This document shows, piece after piece, positions 60,094 through 64,000 of a DNA stretch of 64,000 nucleotides. Position 1 is the first letter of the stretch, and each line of letters starts with the position of its first letter. Where the stretch lies: the NCBI GenBank assembly GCA_965222025.1, contig CBDCTI010000009.1, positions 343,749 to 407,748 on the forward strand, in the 5' to 3' direction. A program made the translations under genes and the position numbers. Under the pieces are notes generated by a model that had not been told where the DNA came from, did no database searches, and saw nothing but the letters and a program-made list of their open reading frames with translations. The stretch comes from Dehalococcoidia bacterium. Its GTDB lineage: Bacteria > Chloroflexota > Dehalococcoidia > Lucifugimonadales > UBA3495.

Positions 60094-60867
60094 TCAGTGC
60101 TGGGCTAGAAACTCGAGAAGGAGGCCGTTCCAGACCTCCGGGCGTTCCCAGAAACCGGCGTGTCCCGCGTCGGGGAGGGAAACGAACCGGGACGTCGGGA
60201 TGTGCGCCGCCAGCATTCGCATCAGTGCCGGCGGGGACAGCAGGTCGGCCTCGCCCGACAGGACGAGGGTGGGGACGCGCATGGTCCGCAGGCGGGCGTA
60301 GGTGATGGGCTCGCGCAGCGGTTGCGCCGGCAGTGGGCCGTCGGGCCTGCTCGCCTCATCGATTTCCAACCAGCGCTGGGCGCCAGCGGGGTTTGTGCCG
60401 CGATAGGAGGGGCCGAGCTCGCGCAACTCGACGGGCAGGTTCTGGATCTCCGGCGGCCTCAGCCGTCTCTGGACCTCCAGGTATTCCTCGTTCTGAACGC
60501 CGCCGATGGTGTTGGCGACGACCACGCTTCGCACTCGTTCCGGGTGGGACAGAGCGTAGTCCAGGGAGGGGATTCCGCCTGCTGCCGTGCCGACCAGGTG
60601 GACCCGGTCCAGCGAGAGGCTTTCAATCAGTGCGTGCAGGTCGTCGCCGACGAAGCCGGGCTGGTGTTCGGGGTCGGTAGCCCGGGAGCGTCCCCAAGTG
60701 CGGCGGTCGTAGGTTATGCAGCGATAGCCGGCGGTGGTGAAGGCGGGCAACTGGAAAACCCAGCTTTCGCAGGTACCGGAGAAGGCGTGGAGGAAAATTA
60801 CCGGCGTGCGTTCACTACCGGTGTCCTCGTACCATAGGTCGACGCCGGGCAGAGATAGATAGGGCAA
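60094..60867 (-). CDS. alpha/beta-fold hydrolase family protein (nucleophile elbow GTAAG)
   Basis: 257 aa; ...VIFLHAFSG..., ...VHLVGTAAGG..., ...SGEADLL..., ...DAGHAGFWE. Confidence 0.8.
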   Translation of the reverse strand: MPYLSLPGVDLWYEDTGSERTPVIFLHAFSGTCESWVFQLPAFTTAGYRCITYDRRTWGRSRATDPEHQPGFVGDDLHALIESLSLDRVHLVGTAAGGIPSLDYALSHPERVRSVVVANTIGGVQNEEYLEVQRRLRPPEIQNLPVELRELGPSYRGTNPAGAQRWLEIDEASRPDGPLPAQPLREPITYARLRTMRVPTLVLSGEADLLSPPALMRMLAAHIPTSRFVSLPDAGHAGFWERPEVWNGLLLEFLAQH

Positions 60868-60996
60868 GGCTGCGATCCTCCTGGAATTGGTCGCGTGAAA
60901 GCATTTACGGTGCGGCTCAGCTTACTTTGTGCCATACAGGGGAACCAGACTGAGCAACGGGGGCTACGGGTTCCAGCGCCTGGGGATTCTGCCTTT

Positions 60997-61434
60997 CTAT
61001 ACTTCGGCCAGCGCCGCGAAGGAGGGCTCTGGCATGCCTTCGGTCCATGTCGGATCCCTGAGTTCAAGGCGGTTGCCGCTGGGATCGAAGAAGTACAGCT
61101 CGCGGCCAGTGAAAAAGCCCCTGGCCCGGTAGGTCAAATGGTCGATCCTGATGTTCTTTTGATGGAAAACCCGGCAGGCTTCGTTGAAGATTTCAGAAGA
61201 TACGGTGAATGAATGGTGCGCCCCTCCATCCTCCGACAGGGTGCCGTCCACCGCGCTGGAACGCTCGCAAAGAAGGATGTTGTGGTCGCCAACGTTGAAA
61301 CAGGACATGGTGTTGTTGCCCAGCCTGCCCTTTGGAGTGAGACCCAGCAACTCCCCATAAAATTCTTCCGCTTCATTCAGGTCGTTCACGGGGATAGACC
61401 AGTGGGTTACGCCTTCAATATTCAAAACCGCCAT
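60997..61434 (-). CDS. VOC (glyoxalase/bleomycin-resistance/dioxygenase) family protein
   Basis: ATG 61434 after AGGAGG; MAVLNIEGVTHWSIPVNDLNEAEEFYGELLGL... Confidence 0.75.
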   Translation of the reverse strand: MAVLNIEGVTHWSIPVNDLNEAEEFYGELLGLTPKGRLGNNTMSCFNVGDHNILLCERSSAVDGTLSEDGGAHHSFTVSSEIFNEACRVFHQKNIRIDHLTYRARGFFTGRELYFFDPSGNRLELRDPTWTEGMPEPSFAALAEV

Positions 61435-61685
61435 TTTGCCTCCTGTTTGCTGCCTGGGTTTTGGCTTGAGGCCCACCATGGACTGGCTAGGCGAGCAGTA
61501 AGTCTGCCGATAGAGAAGTCGCATAGCCGCGCTGCCTCTGGCCCATTATAAACACGCGAAGGACGGCTAACACGCTTCCGTATTCGAGAAGACTCGGACA
61601 GGTTGCCGGGCAGAGCCGAGGCGGTCGCAATGGGCCGAGTTAGTGTGGCGATTTCGCGGCGCCATGGAGGAACATGGCGGCTAAA

Positions 61686-63378
61686 CTCGAATCCACCGAT
61701 GGGAGGCGTGAATGCTGGGCAAATTGGGATGAGGGAGCCTGCAAGGGAGAAAGCCTGGGCTCCATTGGACCGATGTGACCCCGCGAGGGTTTTCAGTAGC
61801 CGCACCGGACCTGGAGAGCGGTCTATGGAGGCTGGGAATCGCGTGATAGTGAGATCGGACGCAGCAGGATGCACTCGCGGGCGGGGCGGACGCGAGTTTG
61901 GAGGTGTTGGGGCGGTTGCGGACAGCGCCGTCAGGCGGGGAGTGGAATGGCTCGCAGCCGGGCCAGGGCGCTGCTGAACTGGGTTTCCCAGGGCCAATGC
62001 TTGGGAAGATGCAAAGTGAGGCGGCGCGCCGAGCGGGTGGTCCGTCCCGCCAGGGCGAAGAACCGACGCCGGAGGGTCTTGGTGGTCACGATCTGCTCGC
62101 GCAAGCCGATGCGGGCCGTCCAGCGGGCCAGGTTGTGGGCCATCACCTGTACCGCCAGCCAAGCGCCGTTGGCGGCGAATCGGCCGGACGGCAGGTGGTT
62201 CAGCCCGACGCCGTACTTGAGGTCCCGGATGGCGTTCTCGATCTCGGCGTGGCGGCGGTGGTCGGCCTCCAGCTCCAGGGTCTCCCCGTCCCGGTCGGTG
62301 ATGAATCCGTGATAGCTGTAGGTGGCGAAGAGGGCCAGTTGGGAACCGGGCGTGGGCTTCACACGCCGGACGATGAGCCGCACCGGCGCGGCGCCGGCCT
62401 CACTCTCAAAGGGAGTGTAGGTGGTCTCGGCCACATCGGCGGCGCCGTCCATCCAGTATGGGATGGGCGTCCAATCCGTCTCGGGTATGGCCTCGATGAG
62501 ATTGCGCAGGCTTTTGTGCTGGCGGATGGTGATGGAGTAGCGGACATCCATCTTGCGGCAGACGGCGACGATGGCGTGGGCATAGAAGCCGCTGTCGGCC
62601 CGCACCGTGAGTCGGCCCCTGGCGCCGGCGTAGCGCACCCGTCCCACCGTCTCGCGCAGGAAGTGGGCGGCGCCCCGAACAGTGTTGGCCCGGCCCTCGC
62701 GCAGCCGGGACATCAACACGTCGCCGGTGCCGGCGGCCACGGCCAACAGCGGGTGATAGCCCCGCTTGCCGGTATAGCCGTGGTGTCGCGCCCCCTCCTT
62801 GGCCAGTCCGTAGGTCTCGCAGATGGTGGAGTCCAAATCGATGGTGAACGGCGCGTCGCCGGGTCCCGCCCCGGCGGCCCAGGCCCGGGCCAGCAGTTCC
62901 CGGATCACCCGGTCCAGCTGACGGACATGGCCCCAGCGGAAGCTGCGCAGGAAGGTGCCCAGGGTGGATGGCGCCTTGACCCTACAGTCGAGAACACCGG
63001 CCGTCCCACCGGCGCGCAGCGCATCGGCGTCGTCGATGCAATCGCCGCCAGCCAGGGCAGAGGCGACCAGGGTCATCATCTTGTCGCCGGCGTTGGCCCG
63101 GCCCGGCGCGCTGCCGAGATTGAGGTGATGGTCTACGAGTTCCCCCAGGCCCAGGTGTTGGGCGAGAGTGGCCGGCAGGAGCAGGCCGGCATTGGCCACC
63201 AGACGGTGGTCGTCAAAGACAATGCAAATACGGTCGGGATGGTTGCGTGGTAGCATCAATTGGGCGCTCCTTTTCTGGGGTCGGTTTCCTTTCTCGAAAA
63301 CCATTATCCCAGATTCAGAGGAGCACCCTTTGACCACTTCAGGTCGCTAACCTGACGTCCTCTATCGGTGGATTCGGG
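61686..63378 (-). mobile_element. IS1380-family insertion sequence, copy 3 (1693 bp)
   Basis: Same TIRs (left end CTCGAATCC); perfect 5-bp direct repeat CTAAA (61681..61685, 63379..63383). Confidence 0.9.
61931..63337 (-). CDS. IS1380-family transposase
   Basis: 468-aa ORF, one visible substitution versus copy 1 (RICIVFDD). Confidence 0.9.
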   Translation of the reverse strand: MVKGCSSESGIMVFEKGNRPQKRSAQLMLPRNHPDRICIVFDDHRLVANAGLLLPATLAQHLGLGELVDHHLNLGSAPGRANAGDKMMTLVASALAGGDCIDDADALRAGGTAGVLDCRVKAPSTLGTFLRSFRWGHVRQLDRVIRELLARAWAAGAGPGDAPFTIDLDSTICETYGLAKEGARHHGYTGKRGYHPLLAVAAGTGDVLMSRLREGRANTVRGAAHFLRETVGRVRYAGARGRLTVRADSGFYAHAIVAVCRKMDVRYSITIRQHKSLRNLIEAIPETDWTPIPYWMDGAADVAETTYTPFESEAGAAPVRLIVRRVKPTPGSQLALFATYSYHGFITDRDGETLELEADHRRHAEIENAIRDLKYGVGLNHLPSGRFAANGAWLAVQVMAHNLARWTARIGLREQIVTTKTLRRRFFALAGRTTRSARRLTLHLPKHWPWETQFSSALARLRAIPLPA

Positions 63379-64000
63379 CTAAACGATAGCCACCGCCGTG
63401 ACTTCAAACAAGAGTTCGGGTATCAGGCGATCGTGCGGGCCGGGCCTGCGGATGCGGTGCATCGAGACTCCGGTGGCGGAGGGGAAGCTTTCGCCGAAGA
63501 ACTTGCGGCGCACCTCCCCCACCCGCCGGTAGGTGGACAGTCCGTTGGGCGGGACCCACTCGATGGTGTTGACCACGTCATTCATGGAGTAGCCGCCCTC
63601 GGCTAGCACGCGCGCCAGGTTGCCGTAAGCCTGGTCAGCCTGAGCAACAATGTCGAAGGGAGCAACGACGGAGGGGGTGGTGTGGTCGACGCCGGCCTGC
63701 CCTGACAGCTGCAGCATGCGACCCTTCTTGACTCCCGGAAAATGGGTCGCGCCTTCGTAGCTGGGCTCCCAACCAGGCACCTGGATCTCTTCCCGGTTTC
63801 CGCCGAGCACCGCGACCGCCTCAACTTCCACGTGGCCTTCGGGACGGAGCAGGCGATTTACGGTGATGCCGGTGGTGGCCGGGTATTCACCTTCGAAGAA
63901 GTCTCGGCGGGCATTGGCGGAGCCGCTGTCGTACTGGAGCCAAGCCTGTGGCGAGACGTACTCGAGGGTCTTGACGATGTCGGAGGGAGCGACACCGGCA
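63379..64000 (-). CDS. RidA/YjgF-family protein, apparently a tandem-domain form (partial, runs off the window)
   Basis: ...QLSGQAGVD...NLARVLAEGG...VNTIEWV...PSATGVSM...; a second RidA-like stretch lies upstream (...DIVKTLEYV...PATTGITVNRL); the stop TAG is at 63379..63381. Confidence 0.7.
   Translation of the reverse strand, partial: AGVAPSDIVKTLEYVSPQAWLQYDSGSANARRDFFEGEYPATTGITVNRLLRPEGHVEVEAVAVLGGNREEIQVPGWEPSYEGATHFPGVKKGRMLQLSGQAGVDHTTPSVVAPFDIVAQADQAYGNLARVLAEGGYSMNDVVNTIEWVPPNGLSTYRRVGEVRRKFFGESFPSATGVSMHRIRRPGPHDRLIPELLFEVTAVAIV

Noticed and set aside
53056-63378. IS1380 copies 2 and 3 as a composite transposon that moved the 6.9-kb metabolic block
   Set aside because: Each copy has its own matching target duplication (CTAAA/CTAAA for copy 3). 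This indicates independent single-IS insertions rather than transposition of the whole unit.
1-64000. A search by eye for CRISPR arrays, tRNA/rRNA/tmRNA genes, reverse transcriptases (retron, DGR, group II intron), TnpB/IscB-type nucleases and hammerhead-like ribozyme cores
   Set aside because: None was found. All regularly spaced repeats are coding repeats or IS copies. A manual scan could miss divergent small RNAs, so tRNAscan-SE or Infernal should confirm.

Overview
High-GC bacterial chromosomal segment dominated by insertion sequences and pseudogenes. By my own coordinates about 19-20 kb (about 30%) of the 64 kb is IS-derived. This comprises three 1693-bp IS1380-family copies, two 1341-bp IS3-family copies, two IS1182-like copies, two IS701-like copies with two ~145-bp MITEs and a solo end, one IS630 element plus an IS630-like fragment, one ISNCY-type element carrying two nested insertions, one IS5-family (IS1031/IS427-like) element plus a 221-bp MITE, and two IS110 fragments. 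Left part (1.7-15.8 kb): remnants of integrative elements (two dead tyrosine integrases, AlpA-type genes, a resolvase stub) and a decayed Type III-like restriction-modification locus with an intact RHH/PIN (vapBC-like) pair between res and mod. Middle (18-24.5 kb): a large signal-peptide adhesin pseudogene with at least 10 cadherin-like tandem repeats, plus an FN3 fragment. 27.5-33.5 kb: a scrambled peptide/nickel-type ABC importer (permease, binding protein, permease; no ATPase). 39.5-45 kb and 49.5-61.4 kb: apparently intact metabolic genes (LLM oxidoreductase, SelA-like PLP enzyme, maleate-isomerase-like racemase, nitroreductase, HpaB-family monooxygenase, MetE-like enzyme, M19 dipeptidase, coxMSL-like Mo-hydroxylase, alpha/beta-fold protein, VOC protein, RidA). 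I saw no rRNA, tRNA or CRISPR array. I found no complete, clearly novel multi-gene system. The most unusual signals are an 18-nt GC-rich motif acting as a frame-breaking micro-insertion, a pair of unassignable small acidic Cys-tail proteins bracketed by inverted IS701 copies, CTAG-targeted IS pile-ups, a structured region upstream of an IS110 fragment, and a TG-terminal triple direct repeat. All calls come from reading ORF translations and motifs by eye; no searches were run.
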